Notes: generated by a model not told the origin, from the letters alone. DNA of 64,000 nt from Octopus bimaculoides (GCF_001194135.2 NC_068994.1:38189941-38253940), one strand, 5' to 3'. Positions 11,341 through 24,854 are shown, numbered from the stretch's first letter. A program made the numbers and translations.

Positions 11341-11884
11341 AAAAATATCTGTATGTTTAAGCAATTATTAGGTTTGTTGTTGAATCTGATGATTACGTTT
11401 ATTGGTGTTAATGACTTGATGAAGCAATCCTTTACAAGAGTAGAGGATTGGTTGTGTGCCACAAGTTGAAAAATCAAATCAAAAAATTTTAAAGGCTTAC
11501 ACTTCAGAGAGAAAATTTCCCAAGTGTGGTTAAGAAGCTATCTTTGCAACCATGTGATTTTAGGTTCAATCCCATGCAGATCCACAGTCTCACAAGACAT
11601 AAGCAGACATAAGATCATAAGACATTCTGAGACTGAGTATTGGGGATTGAACTATCTAACACCATTCTCAAATCTTATAGTTTGGTTAAATTTAAGAACA
11701 GATCTACATTGAATCAAAATTTATTTATTGAGTCATCATGACATTTAAGCTTTAAAGAAAATAAATATTGAGAAAGATATTGGTGTGAGACAAAAACGAA
11801 AAAGAGAGAAGGAAGTCCAATAAAGAATTGAACAGACTTCCTCCTATAAATCTTCAAATGGTTTATTGTTTTATTTATTTTTTA

Positions 11885-12057
11885 ATCAAATTTCCAATGT
11901 AATTTGTGTGTGTGTGTGTGCATGCGCATGCAAGTGTGTATGTATACATATATATATGTATATAAGATATATAAAATCATATATATATATATATATAAAA
12001 TTATATTTATATATGTGCGTGTGTGTAGGTATATATATATATATATATATACTTATG

Positions 12058-12122
<65 letters not shown>
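11885..12122. repeat. (TG)/(TA)/(CA) compound microsatellite
   Basis: Directly visible. Confidence 0.95.
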
Positions 12123-12123
<1 letters not shown>

Positions 12124-15100
12124 GAGACAAACTCTCCAACATATCTCTTAGTGTTTTTTTTTACAAAGAAACTATTTTTTTACTACTTTTTTGTATTTCA
12201 CAAATGCCTTCTCTGCTGGAGCTGAATACAGAAATAATAAGAGCTTTTGTTTATATTTAGAATTTTTAGAATAATAGTTTTATTTGATGTTTTAGGAATT
12301 GATCTACATCAAATGACTACCATATTTGGGAGAATTTTCAACTAAAGGGTCTCTGGATTATTTCCCGGAGTTGTCAGCCTGGTAGTACTACCAGGGAATA
12401 TTGCTTGTTTGAGATCAGATTTACAGGCATAGAAGTACTATCATCCAAGCTTGTCCATGTTACACACAAAGCAACGAAACTCTTCTGCATGCATGTATTG
12501 TGGTGTAGGAGGATGGAATCAGTTGTCAGAGGAGTTCTCAGTAAAAATTACCAGACTGGATCAACTTTTGCCTACCAGTAAAGGTAGGCACTTCTCTTCT
12601 ATTTTGCGGCTGTGGCTAAGAGATTCCATGACTGAAAGAACTGGGGACTGATTTTTCGTTTTCTTTTCTTTTTTTTTTTTTGGCCAAGTCATCACTAACA
12701 TCTTCAAGTTTCACTTGGAGGAGAAGGTGTAAGTAGAAAGGGAAAAGTGTTGATCTGTAAATTTGCTAAATGGTAGTTAAGAGTAGCAAGAATGGTCCAT
12801 GCAAGTGGGCCTGCCTGCCTGCATCTTATGTCTGCAAGTTATACAAGGAGAGAGCATTTACATAGATAGTCAGGGTAATGTTGTGTCTGTGAGGTTCCTT
12901 GATTGAGTCTATGCGGCGCCCTCCCTACCAAGACTTTTCTTATGTATATCAAGTATTCTGACAACATCATCTTTTAATCATTTCATTTGCTTTCGTTGTA
13001 AACCGCTACACATTTTTGTAACCCATTCCTTTAATGTCCCTCATCCACCTCCCTTGTTGCAATAACGGTATTCATGGACTCTCACATTACTTCGACAAAG
13101 CAAATCATGACACAGGTGTCCTCATTAGCTGAACAACCTGCATAATGGATATTACTGTAGTGGGTGTGGTCTGTGCAGAACCACTACCACTCTCTTGTCC
13201 TTCAAACTTGTATTGGCCTGGTGTAACCAGTACCATGACCCCATCAGAAAGCAAGATCTGTATGGCGTTATCTTAAATTAGAGGAACAACTGAAGAGCCT
13301 CACCTACCCATGCTCTGTTGGGGGTGTCTGACAGTGACCTTCTTTTGGAGGCAGTTCTGTGATATGCTAATTAAACCTGACAGTGTAGACCTGGGAACAA
13401 TAATAGCTAAGTGATGGTCCACACTCCTCAAAGTCTGGAACGTCTAAACCAGAGCCTCATAACTGGATGCAGTTTAAAGTAATACTCAAAACAACGTAGC
13501 AATAATAAAGTTATGCTTGTTATTAGCTCTCCAAAGTTGACAAGCTGAAGGCAACTTTGCCTTTCAATATGATAAAGTATCAGTCTAGGACTAGGGTTGA
13601 CTTTAATCATTTAACCTCCTCAACTAATGGTAAAGCATCAGAAAAAAATGCCTTGCAGTATCTTTTTCTTGGTTCATTACATTTTGAATTCAACTCACGA
13701 TGAGGCGAACACAACCTTTCATCTTTTGGGGTCAATAAAATAAAGTATCAATGAAGAAAGGGAGAGGGAGTTAATTGTACCCCTTCCCTCAAAATCCTTG
13801 GCCTTGTGCCTAAAAAAAGAAACACTTATTATTACTGTTGTCTTCTTGTTGTTATTGGTGGTGGTGTGGTTCTTATTGACACTGAAGTTGTTGTTGCTAC
13901 TGCTGCTGTTGTTATTGTTGTTATTTTTATCCAGGTTTATTTGATTTGATTTGATCTAAATGTTTTCCATCCAGGAAATTTTTCTTATTCATACATATGT
14001 TGTTTTGTTTTTTATCACTAGTTTTTAATGTTTTATTTTTCTTCTTTTTTATTTTGTTTTTACTTTCTGTAATTTTTATCTCTTTTTACACTGCTTGATT
14101 GATCTTCAGTTTAAATTTTAGATCAATATTGTAATGATATCAATACTCAGATGACTAAAATATAAAGCTCTGTGTGTAAATACACATATATGCAAATGTA
14201 GACACACATGCATATATAAAAATTCCTACTTACTCACATAGCACACACACACATACACAAATGTATATGTAAATTATATATGCACGTATTTATAGATGTA
14301 TATGTATATACATATATACATGTGTATGTTTGTATATATGTGTGTATGTATATATGTATGTATGCACATATATCCATTATATATATACATACACACACTC
14401 ACACACATTTGTATATGTATGTATATAATACACATTGATAGATAGATAAAAGGTGAGAGAGAGAAGGAGAAGGAAAGACAGGGTGAAAAAGTGTTGTAAT
14501 AAATATATAATACAAAAATATAAAAAATGAAAATAATCTGTAAAAGATCTATTGAGGAAAATCAAATTGATACTTTGAGATATAAAATATATATATTGAT
14601 TTTGTATGTAAATTTATTTATTATATTTTGCCTTATAATTTATAAGATTTATACATAAAAAAAGAAGGGGGTAGAATAAAGTGTATTTGTGAAGGTAAGT
14701 GTATGCATGTATAAATTTGCATATGTGTGTGAGTGTGTTTGTGTGTGTGTATGTGTGGGGAGTATTTATTCGATAAATCTCCTGTTAAAAAGGAACAAAT
14801 GAAACTAGAATTCAAACACTTTAAACATTATTGATATCTCCATGGCTAAGCAATTGTTTATTTTTATTCTTTCAAAATATCATTTTACTTGAGTCATATC
14901 TAACAGGAACAGAGAAATTAGTCTAGAAATTGAAGAAGGTAGTTGTTGACTTCATAATATATTGGCAGCTACCTTTACTTGATGTAAATCCTCAACTAAC
15001 TGGTTCTAACATTTTTAAACCCTCTGATTAAGGATTACTTAGCCACTAGAAATTGAATCTCCAATTGTTGGTTGATCAGCAACTGAAAAAATAAAAGAAA

Positions 15101-15709
15101 GAAGACAGTCAAATCTCCTTCGAAGCACTTCCTACATTCTTCAGGATATGGAATATTTATAGTATAGCTAGATGGGTATAATTTGCCCTGGGCAATGCTT
15201 TTATGAGGACAGTAATTTTGGGTCTGCTGTATAAGCCTGTATAGCAGTCATGAGCAAACTGCAGTCTGTGGGACTTTCTGAGTGTCATGCCTAATGCAAA
15301 ACTATCATGAATTTGTTTTAGTAGTACACCCCACCTGATGATGAGCCATGTTTCATGGGGACTGCATCTCAACGAAGGTTGCTCATACTTGCTGTATAGG
15401 TTGTCCTGCAAGCAGAAAGGTAGGGGACAAACTCAAAGGCTACAATAGATAATACACACTCTAGCAATACCACTGATGGAAGTATATATTGGGTAGTATA
15501 ATTAACAATGGAAATTGGTTTTAGGAACCAGATATAAGCTAGGTTCCATGAGGCTGAAGTTGGTGAGCTACCTCCATTAGCTTGGAAAGTAAAGGCGGTT
15601 CTAAGAACTACATTATTAACCACATTGGCAAGGGGTGAAAGTGAGGGAATGAACAAAAAAAAAAAATTTTTTCTTAAATGGTTCAACCATAGATCGAAAA
15701 ATACTCACA

Positions 15710-16060
15710 CACTCTACCACAGCAAACCAAACTATGTCTCTACATCTCTTTTCTTCTTCACATTTTCACTTCATGCACTACACTTACCTTCCACTCCCCA
15801 ATACTGTCCTCTTGACCCTGTGCCACTGTATCATTGCTCTCCACTAGTCCCCTGATTTGTGTGTTCCACCCACATGCCCTGTTTCACTGTACCATTGCAC
15901 CCACACGTAACAAGAAAACTTTTCCCACATCCTGACCCCAATAAACCAATCTACATCTCTACATCTCTTCTCTTCCTCAAATTTCCTCCTCCATTCATTA
16001 TGTCTACCTCTCACTCCCCAATCCGGTTCTCATGGCCCTGTTCCTCTGTATCATTGCTAT
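15710..16060. repeat. Diverged direct repeat, about 219-bp period
   Basis: AAACCAA..TCTCTACATCTCTT at 15724 and 15943; ACTCCCCAAT..CCCTGT..CTGTATCATTGCT in both units. Confidence 0.75.
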
Positions 16061-16259
16061 AGGTAGCCATGTATTTCCTTTGCGACAGTGCACCTGGTTC
16101 TGTCTTCATTCCTGATCTCTCTCCCCCCACCCCAACTGGATAACCTTTTACCTCCTCTACAGCACCTGCTTCTGCCTCTCTGACTCACTATAACCTTTCA
16201 TCATCTAACACAAGATCATCTCCTCCAATGCCCCCTCCCCTCTCAAAAGATTCTTGTCT

Positions 16260-16563
16260 TGCAGATTACTTGGTGAGCCTGTCAGTGCAGGTGCCACTTA
16301 AAGCATTCAGTACACACTGTAAAGTGGTTGGTGTCTGTAAAAATACCTTGCCAAAACTGACCTCACCTATGCTTGTGCCACATAAAAAGCACTAAGTCCA
16401 CTCTGCTGAGTGGTTGCTGTTAGGAAGGGCATCCAGCTGTAAAAAGTCTTGCCAAAACAGTCACAGAAGTCTGGTGCAGACTTCTACCTGGCTGGCTCCT
16501 GTCAAACTATCCCACCCATGACAGCATGGAAGGCAGACATTAAACGATTATGATGGTGATGAT
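16260..16563 (+). mobile_element. RTE-type LINE 3' UTR with (GAT)n tail
   Basis: GAGTGGTTG..TTAGGAAGGGCATCCAGCTGTA..CCCATG..GCATGGAAG.CAGACATTAAACGATTATGATG. Confidence 0.8.
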
Positions 16564-16755
16564 TAAATATATAGATATTTATATGAAAATAGATCCAACT
16601 TACACAGAGTATACAAACAAACAACAGAGAAAATTAAAGGTGTGGAAGAAAGGTATTATAAGTCCAACAGCTGTTTCTGGGTGCTCTGCAATCCATAATA
16701 ATGTTGGTAGATTTAATTGATATGCCTAATTTGTTTAACCCCATAATTGCTTATT

Positions 16756-16787
<32 letters not shown>

Positions 16788-16788
<1 letters not shown>

Positions 16789-17104
16789 CATCATCGTTTA
16801 TCATCATCATCGTTTAACATCCGCTTTCCATGCTAGCATGGGTTGGACGATTTGATTGAGGACTGGTGAAACCAGATGGCTACACCAGGCTCCAATCTGA
16901 TTTGGCAGAGTTTCTACAGCTGGATGCCCTTCCTAACGCCAACCACTCAGAGAGTGTAGTGGGTGCTTTTACGTGTCACCCGCACGAAGGCCAGTCAGGC
17001 GGTACTGGCAATGGCCATGCTCAAAATGGTGCATTTCATGTGTCACCCGCACAAAAGCCAGTCCAGGGGCACTGGCAACGATCTCGCTCAAAAATCCCAC
17101 GAAG
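16788..17104 (-). mobile_element. RTE-type LINE 3' UTR, young-looking, cut by a gap. Sister copies: 32830-33195 (-), 53025-53342 (-), 53975-54090 (-), 34430-34741 (+), 29080-29490 (+)
   Basis: (TCA)n-GTTTAAC.TCCGCTTTCCATGCTAGCATGGGTTGGAC...CTACAGCTGGATGCCCTTCCTAACGCCAACCAC is near-identical among copies. Confidence 0.9.
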
Positions 17105-17297
17105 NNNNNNNNNNNNNNNNNNNNNNNNNNNNNNNNNNNNNNNNNNNNNNNNNNNNNNNNNNNNNNNNNNNNNNNNNNNNNNNNNNNNNNNNNNNNNNNN
17201 NNNNNNNNNNNNNNNNNNNNNNNNNNNNNNNNNNNNNNNNNNNNNNNNNNNNNNNNNNNNNNNNNNNNNNNNNNNNNNNNNNNNNNNNNNNNNNNNN

Positions 17298-17460
17298 TGT
17301 GTTCATGTCTCTGTGACTGAGACGTTTGGAAAAAAGATCAAAAGAATCAGTACCAGGTCTGAAAAGTAAATAAACATTGGAGTTGATTCGTTCATCTAAA
17401 ATTCTTCAAGGCAGTGCTCCAGCATGGCCACAGTCTAATGACTGAAACAAGTAAAAGATT
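17298..17460 (+). mobile_element. SINE family A 3' tail. Other partial family A copies: 11515-11575, 19605-19770, 24600-24850 (-), 26530-26720, 51350-51520, 52675-52830, 59150-59300 (-), 59555-59790 (-)
   Basis: GTGCTCCAGCATGGCCACAGTC.AATGACTGAAACAAGTAAAAGA. Confidence 0.8.
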
Positions 17461-17623
17461 AGAGATAAACATTGTATAAGTCATTTTGTCCAAATTAATA
17501 TTTAGAAAAATAAATGAAGCAATCACATGTAGAATTCTTTTGATCATCGATCTGCTTGGTCAGGGCTGAGTTAGGGTTAGATTAGACAACAACGACGTAA
17601 ACTATATTTGAACAGTACATATA

Positions 17624-17749
17624 CAGGGTGTTCACAAAGTCTGAGTACATGGGATTAACACATACTTTAAGAAATTATTATTTCTTATATTTAATTGTTT
17701 TTGTTATGATTTTATTTACTCCATGTACCCAGACCTTGTGGACACCCTG
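17624..17749. mobile_element. Tc1/mariner-type MITE, 126 bp
   Basis: TIRs CAGGGTGTTCACAAAGTCTGAGTACATGG and CCATGTACCCAGACCTTGTGGACACCCTG, TA on both flanks (17622-17623, 17750-17751). Confidence 0.92.
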
Positions 17750-18019
17750 TAGATATATATATACTTCAGTCAGGCATTTTGAAATTTGCCAATATAAAAT
17801 GATAAACTACCTAGATTCTCTAAAACCTTCATGGTAAATCAATGAAATAGAATGGAAAATAGTTCTAGAAAGGTTGACATAAATAGCAATTTTTTAATGC
17901 AATGGCCAGCAAAAATAAATAAATGAAGGGAAAAGATTTCTTCATGTTACAAAAATATACCTAATAAATCTTTTGCTAAGCAAAAAGCAATAACATTTGT
18001 CTTTAAGACAATTTAAAAT

Positions 18020-18154
18020 AGAATCTCACTTTATCATTGGTTTATATATATTTGTGTTTGTATACATTCATATCTACATATTTCTGTGTGTGTGTATGCA
18101 TATGCATGTATGAATGTTTATATATACACACATATGTATATATGTGTGTCTGTA

Positions 18155-18222
<68 letters not shown>

Positions 18223-18420
18223 CACACACATATATATACACACACAAACAAACATATATATAAAGTAAAAAATAAACACTTTCATAACCAATTCAAGAAA
18301 TTAAGCAAGCTACAATACAAACCTACATGCATATATACAGGAACAATAGGCACCTGTTTGTGTATGTACATATCTATCTATCTATCTATCTATCTATCGA
18401 TCTATCTATCTATCTATCTC
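18020..18420. repeat. (TA)/(CA)/(TATC) microsatellites
   Basis: Directly visible. Confidence 0.9.
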
Positions 18421-18429
18421 TAAATATAT

Positions 18430-19010
18430 ATCAGTCAGTAGTTCATAAGTCAGAAAAGAAGCACACTCTAAAACTTTAGAGCAGTAATAATTAATATAGT
18501 TCTTGGGAGTTACCCTTGGTTTCACACCTATAAAGTTCTTAGCAGTATAGGGGACTCATCAAACACACTGGCTGGAGGAACGTAACCTCTCTACAACTGG
18601 ACGTAGGAAAATAGTCTTAGTCAGTCGGGATTGTGAAAAACTCTGAAACAAAATTCTAGCATTGTGAGGAAACCCTGAAATGAAATTCTACTGAGCAATA
18701 TCACTTCTGGGCAAGATGGAGTTATCCCCCGTTGACCATCTCCAAGTGCATCCAAAACTGGTCAGCACTTGCACGCCAAGGATTCCATACTTTCAACACG
18801 AATTTCCTCTGATGAGAGCACTGATTAAACATTTCACTTTTGGAGTTTAAGAAGGCCCTTGAGTCAACCATGTTCTTCAGGATCTTTGCTCTCTTGGCCA
18901 AGCAAAGTCTACATCATCTGCTCTCATCAAAGTATGGCCCAGGTTGTTCCAGGAGTTTCTATTTAATTATGTATGGCATACTTTCTTCTTTTAAATGCCA
19001 TACATACCTG
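18430..19010 (-). mobile_element. PLE 3' fragment: ORF C-terminus, 3' UTR and degenerate hammerhead
   Basis: 18973 to 18779 reads YIIK*KLLEQPGPYFDESR*CRLCLAKRAKILKNMVDSRAFLNSKSEMFNQCSHQRKFVL; minus-strand TTGATGA..GAAACCAAGGGTA at 18562-18511; terminal motif shared with 6293-6745. Confidence 0.65.
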
Positions 19011-19874
19011 ACCAAAGACATAACATTTGTGCCTCTCTGCCTCAACCAATGCAGTTGCTACCACCACTACAATAGGGACAATAACAGCCACAGCAACAAC
19101 ATTCAATACCACCACTATCAACACCACCACTACCACCACCGGTGCTAAGATGACCAGAGCAACCACTACAACCTCCACTACTACATCAGTATTGTAGTAC
19201 AATATTGATGCTATGTTTATTGTTGTGGTAGAGGTAAGAGTTGTAGTCATGGTGATAGTGACAATATAATATTATACTCAACACTAATACTACTACAACA
19301 TTTAAATTATCACCATAGCCACCAGATTGTTGTAGAAGTAGTTTTAGTAATAGACAGTGATTTAAGGAACATAACACTCATATGAAGGTCTTTTGCTAAG
19401 AGAACAAATAGCAATTCTGACTTCTGTCTACTGGCTATATCTGATTGGCTGAAAATCAAAAAACTTTAAATGTTTAAAGTTGTAAGTTTTTTATTATTTA
19501 ATTCTCCAAGAAATGATTAATATTTTCATAAGTAGCATGAAAAACTACACCTGTGTAGGAATGTTCCCATAATTCAAATCTGGTACATCAAACCCAAAAA
19601 GATCCAAGGCACGCGTATGGCTGTGTGGTAAGAAGTTTGCTTCCCAACCAGGTTCCATCCCACTGCCATGGTACTTGGGAAGGTGTCTTCTATAGTCTTG
19701 GACATCCAAAGTATTGTGAGTGGATTTGGTAGACGGAAAATGAAAGAAGCTTGTTGTATATATGTGTATATATATATGCATATGTATATTTATATATGCA
19801 TATGTATATATATATATATATACATATATGCATAAGTATGTATATATATATATATATGTAGTTCAAATTTACAG

Positions 19875-20010
19875 AAAACAAAATATAAAGACAGGTGTAG
19901 GAACATCAAACAGGTGCATTAGTTTAATGCTCGAGAAGAATAGAAAATCTTTCACGTTTCAAACCTATACTCTTCGACAGAAAGGATTAAGAGGGAAAAA
20001 AAAAACAAAG
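19875..20010 (-). mobile_element. PLE-like terminal fragment, family shared with 55412-55585
   Basis: AAAGACAGGTG..AAACAG..ATTAGT.TAATGCTCG.GAA..TTTC.AACCTA..ACAGAAAGG in both copies; hammerhead-like layout at 19949-19984. Confidence 0.55.
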
Positions 20011-20129
20011 AGAAAATGTAGGGATTAATGGTCCAACATGATGATATCTGTGCGTGTGTGTGCAGATACATCTGCGTGTATGTGTATGTATGCTTGCATG
20101 TGTGTTACTGCTTCCTTGCTTTGGTACTT

Positions 20130-20460
20130 TGTGATAGTTGCATTCATGTGTTACCATTATGCAAGTCGTGTTCATTTCCAGTTTTCTGCAAAAAAACATG
20201 TCTGGTCATGGGGAAATGTTACCTTACTTGAAAATAGATGAGGTCTAGTTGCAAAGTTATTCATTTACAATCTTCTGTGAAAAACATGTCTAATTATGGG
20301 AAAATATTAACTTGTTTAGAAACAGTTAAGGTTTGCAGCAGGAAGGGTGTCCAGCTGTAGAAAATCTGCCTCAGCAAACTCTGTCCTACCCATGCATATA
20401 TGAAAAAATGGGCATTAAAATGATGACGACGATGATGATGATGAGGAGGAGGCGGAGGAG
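20130..20460 (+). mobile_element. Second RTE-tailed family with a ~90-bp internal duplication. Copies at 40740-40910, 51690-51935, 56560-56730
   Basis: TTCAT.TCCA.TTTTCTG..AAAACATGTCTGG.CATGGGGAAAT.TTACCTT.CTTGGAAA..GGAAGGG..TCCAGCTGTAGAAAATCTGC..ACCCATGC..AAATGATGA. Confidence 0.75.
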
Positions 20461-20699
20461 GATATATTTGCAGCGATATTAATTATTTAATGCAACTAAA
20501 CTTGTGGTAACTAACAAAAATTGTCAGTATTAAAACAATATACAAGAGCATTTTGATTTGAACAAAATTATTCTCAAAACCTAGGCTTCATAACAAGTTG
20601 TTTGTTTTAACTCTTATGCAACTCTCGTTTTGCTTTTAGGCTGATATTATGATTTCTTTCCCTCTTTCTTTCTCCTCCACTCTCTCTCTCACTCGATGT

Positions 20700-20741
<42 letters not shown>

Positions 20742-21894
20742 ATGTATGTATGTATGTGTCTGCAGGCATATATATTTAGAGAGAGAAACAATGAGGGGGA
20801 AAAAGAGAGTGAAAAGAATGAGCGACTGTAATTGGGCAAAAATCGATTTTTGTTTTACACTTTGCCTAAGGTAATTAATTCCCATGTTATATTTCATAAT
20901 TCTTAGAAATAATTTGAAGTAATTTAAAATGAACATAAATTTTCTATTATTACATTAATGAGCTTTTTTTTTCTGCTACAACATAATTTAACTAGTTATT
21001 ACAACATTTAAATTTTTTATGAAAATATTTACACTTTAAATTTTATATATTAAAATTATAACATTCCCCCGATAAAGGAGAACTGTTATTCATTTACATT
21101 TATTAAATATTTTTATTCTGTCATTTTCATTTAATAATCAATTCTTCTTTAGCAAGCATGGCCATTGAGCATTTTTCATTTTCATTTTTTATAAACTAGT
21201 GTAGAAAGGTGTCAAATTTCATGGGTATTTCAATGCTATTTGAATTTTCTTTACAGTTATGAAATTATTTGATAATATTTAATTTAAGGAGCAAAGAGCA
21301 CATGCATAAATTTTATTTGGCTTTTTTTATTATTTGATTTTAAGATTTATATCATCTTGCACAATTTCATTAAAAAATACTTGTTAAAAACAAAAAGTGA
21401 TAAAAACAACTATATCTCGTAGTTGATAACCATGGCATCATGCTCAGCTTCTTAAAAGAAGATGAATAATATTTGGCTTATATCTTGGAGATTTAATTTG
21501 ACTTGGAGTTACTTTGAGTGGTTTTACAAGACAGGACCTCTAGTTCTAACAAGTCACAGACATATTTTGTGGCATAACAGACTCTGATAGAAAGTGAGAA
21601 AGAGGAGGATCAATACCTCAATACTTGACTGCTACCCTAATTATTGATTCCTAAAATAACAAAAAACAAAGATGACCTTGGAAGAATTTGAACTCAGACC
21701 ATAGAAAGTCAGAATAAATACTGCAACCCGTTCTATATGAAACTCTGACAAGCCTGCCAATTCACTGCTTTTTCGCCTTCTATCCTTCATTTGTCTTTTG
21801 TTTTTTATGTAGAAAACTTGAAAGTGAATGACTTTTGTTTTATAGTGTGTGCTATTGGAGCTCTGAATGCCATTCTGTTAACTCCAAGGTTTAT

Positions 21895-21952
21895 TAATAT
21901 GTTAAGGACTTGCTTGTAATAACTAATATGTTAAGGACTTGTTTGTAATAAC
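21895..21952. repeat. 29-bp tandem duplication
   Basis: TAATATGTTAAGGACTTG(C/T)TTGTAATAAC x2. Confidence 0.95.
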
Positions 21953-23577
21953 TTTTAATAATACACACTTTTGTGTGAAGAAATATAAAGGGTGTGAATA
22001 TAAGTATAAAGTGAAGTATGAGGAGTTAATGGGTTCTGTATGTAAGCCTCAAATACTTGCAACACAAACTTTTCATGCTAGATATACACTACTTTCATAA
22101 ACAGAAACCTTAAGAACATCCTTAAATATGAACACAAAAATTCAGTCACTACATATATGATATATTGATTGTGGTGTTCTAGCATGGCTTTGGCTGTGAT
22201 GTTTAAGTCAAATTAAAGAACATATTAAGGAAATAGTATTGTATGTCATTCTTTCTTATCATCAACAACATAATTAAAGCCTTTAAACTTGCTACAAATA
22301 TTAGGCCTCCACCAGTGCTATCTTAAAGTGTGGGCATGCAGGGTAGTTGCCAAGGTCTAATTCTGATCTGTGTGTGTGCTATGGCTTGCTGTCAATAAAT
22401 AAATACTATAAAGTCCAGTACACTGATTTGCCTAGAGGCCTAAAATGCTGCTAAGACAGCCTTGGCCCCCAACATTTCAAGAATTAGCATTCAAAAATGT
22501 TACATTTTTTTTTACTCAGTCGTCATGTCTCTTTTAATGAAGAGCACAAGACGTTTTGTAGAAGGGATTTTTAAACTTCTGAAATTTATAAATTCTGTAT
22601 CAGAAACAGTGTTTGAAATATATTTGGTAACTAACATAGAGGGACCAGTGTCTGAAAAACTTAGCTATGATTACATTAATTTAAATTAGACCACTGAAAC
22701 CAACCAAAGTACCTCTATTCTGTATTCTCTCATTTCACAGAGTTAGATAACCTGTTTCTTGCGTTAATACATGGAAAACAAATATTTTCTTGGATGGGAA
22801 GAAAAAATATTGTTTCATGTGTAACTTTTCCTACAAGCAAGATTGAATTGTAAATCAAGGAATCATTTAATTTCAATATCTACAATATTCACAATATACT
22901 ACACTGTAGCACTACATAGATGTAAATGAACTTGGCTTTAGTAAGCTAAATGTCATAAACCTCTTGTACACATGTTAATATTAATATTATTGGTTGCTCA
23001 CTTCACCAGTATCCCATTGATTCCACCATTGGGAGACACAATTATTGGTTTCAAATTTTGGCACAGGTCCAGCAAGTTCAAGGAAATGGAGTAAGTTGAT
23101 TATATCAGCCCCAGTGTTCAACTGGTACTTACTTTATCAATTCCAAAAAGGATAAAAGTCAAAGTCGACCTCGATGGAATTTGAACTCAGAACAAAGATG
23201 GACGAAATGTCACTAAACATTTTACCCAGAATGCAAACGATTCTGCCAGCTCACCCACTTTTATAATACATCTGTATTGCAACATAAAACACCTTCAGCT
23301 TCATATATAATTCAAAGTTAGATTACAAGCATAGAAAACTGAACAGCATTCTAAATTAAGATTATCTTAAAAACTAATTCTCTTGCTTTTAATCACTCTG
23401 TGCCATACAGGACATTGATCCAGCCATGCCTACCATGTTCTATGGTTGCTTTGGATAGCTTTTGTTATGTGCTGGATGCAAAGTGTTTACTAGTCCCAAG
23501 CTCAAACCTACTCCATTTCTTGGAAAGAGGAAGAAACCCAGCATGATCTTCTCACAGCATAATGTTGCGCATTCAGG

Positions 23578-23612
<35 letters not shown>

Positions 23613-23634
23613 TGTGTGCGTGTGNNNNNNNNNN

Positions 23635-23690
<56 letters not shown>
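23578..23690. repeat. (GA)n-(TG)n microsatellite spanning a gap
   Basis: Directly visible. Confidence 0.95.
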
Positions 23691-23691
<1 letters not shown>

Positions 23692-24281
23692 ATCACCCCA
23701 GTACTTGACTGGTACTTTATTGATTGATCCCAAAAGGATGAAGTTCAAATTTGATATTGGTTTTGGTGGGATTTGAACTCAGAATGCAAAGAGTTAGAAA
23801 AGCCAGAACAATTACAGCAACGCATTTGTTTGATGTTCTAACAATTCTGCCATTTGACAGTCTTCTGGAATCCAGTAGCAGGAAAGTATTGGTGGAAGTG
23901 GGAGAATAGTGGTATTTCATAACAACCAGATAGTTACCTAAAACTTGTGTAGGGTGAGGAATTAGATTCCTTTCATTCTTAATCAGTAATCAAGACAAAC
24001 AATTAATGAGATCTAATAGGGAGATTTGCACTTCAAACATAAATACCCAAGTTGTTGTCAATAAGAGATGAATACGAAAATTATTTATTAGCTTTCAGCA
24101 AGAACACTAAAAGGGTTTTAATACAGTTTCAGAAATGCTAAAATCCTCAGGATAATCAGGGAATAGTTGCAGAGTTAATCCCCTTAATTATTTAAATCAA
24201 TACCATTTCTTATTACTCATTGCTTTAACATCATCATTATAACCATCATCACCATTTTCACCTTCATCTTCATCATCATCG

Positions 24282-24325
<44 letters not shown>

Positions 24326-24804
24326 ATTATCGGCAGCAGCTGTAATAAATGTTAGTGTTGAGAGAGGAAAAATGATAGGGATTAAGACTAAAGCTAAAAT
24401 GTGTGTCTCTGGCTTCCTAATTCTAAGATATTACACATTTCTGGCTGTTAAAACAAATATAATGAGTGATAAAAGCAGAAGAATAATAAGGTTTAAGACT
24501 GAAATGGCTGGATATGAAGAGAATTCTTTATTTCCATCACGCCACCGAATTTAGGGCTGAAATGTCACAGCAAAGAAATACAATTAAGCTAAAAATTATT
24601 CTTTTATTCTTTTATTTGTTTTAGTCATTTGATTGTGGCGAAGCTGGAGCACTGCCTTTAGTTAAACAAATCGACTCCAGGACTCATTCTTTGTAAGCCT
24701 AGTACTTATGCTATTGGTCTCTTTTGCCGAACTGCTAAGTTACAGGGACATAAACACACCAGCATCGGTTGTCAAGCGATGGTAGGGGGAGAAACACAGA
24801 CATA

Positions 24805-24854
<50 letters not shown>

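Noticed and set aside
12300-13500. Possible decayed LINE pieces (also 2700-2790, 15130-15600, 61900-62200)
   Set aside because: Composition and a few motifs suggest this, but no convincing protein motif could be read.
16866-17104. Similar ORFs at 16866, 32941 and 53084 (LAEFLQLDALPNAN...) suggesting a gene family
   Set aside because: Antisense reading of the RTE 3' UTR; start and stop positions are not conserved.
22521-22576. Possible terminal exon RHVSFNEEHKTFCRRDF* with an RVxF-like motif
   Set aside because: Only a poly-T acceptor supports it; too short to distinguish from chance.
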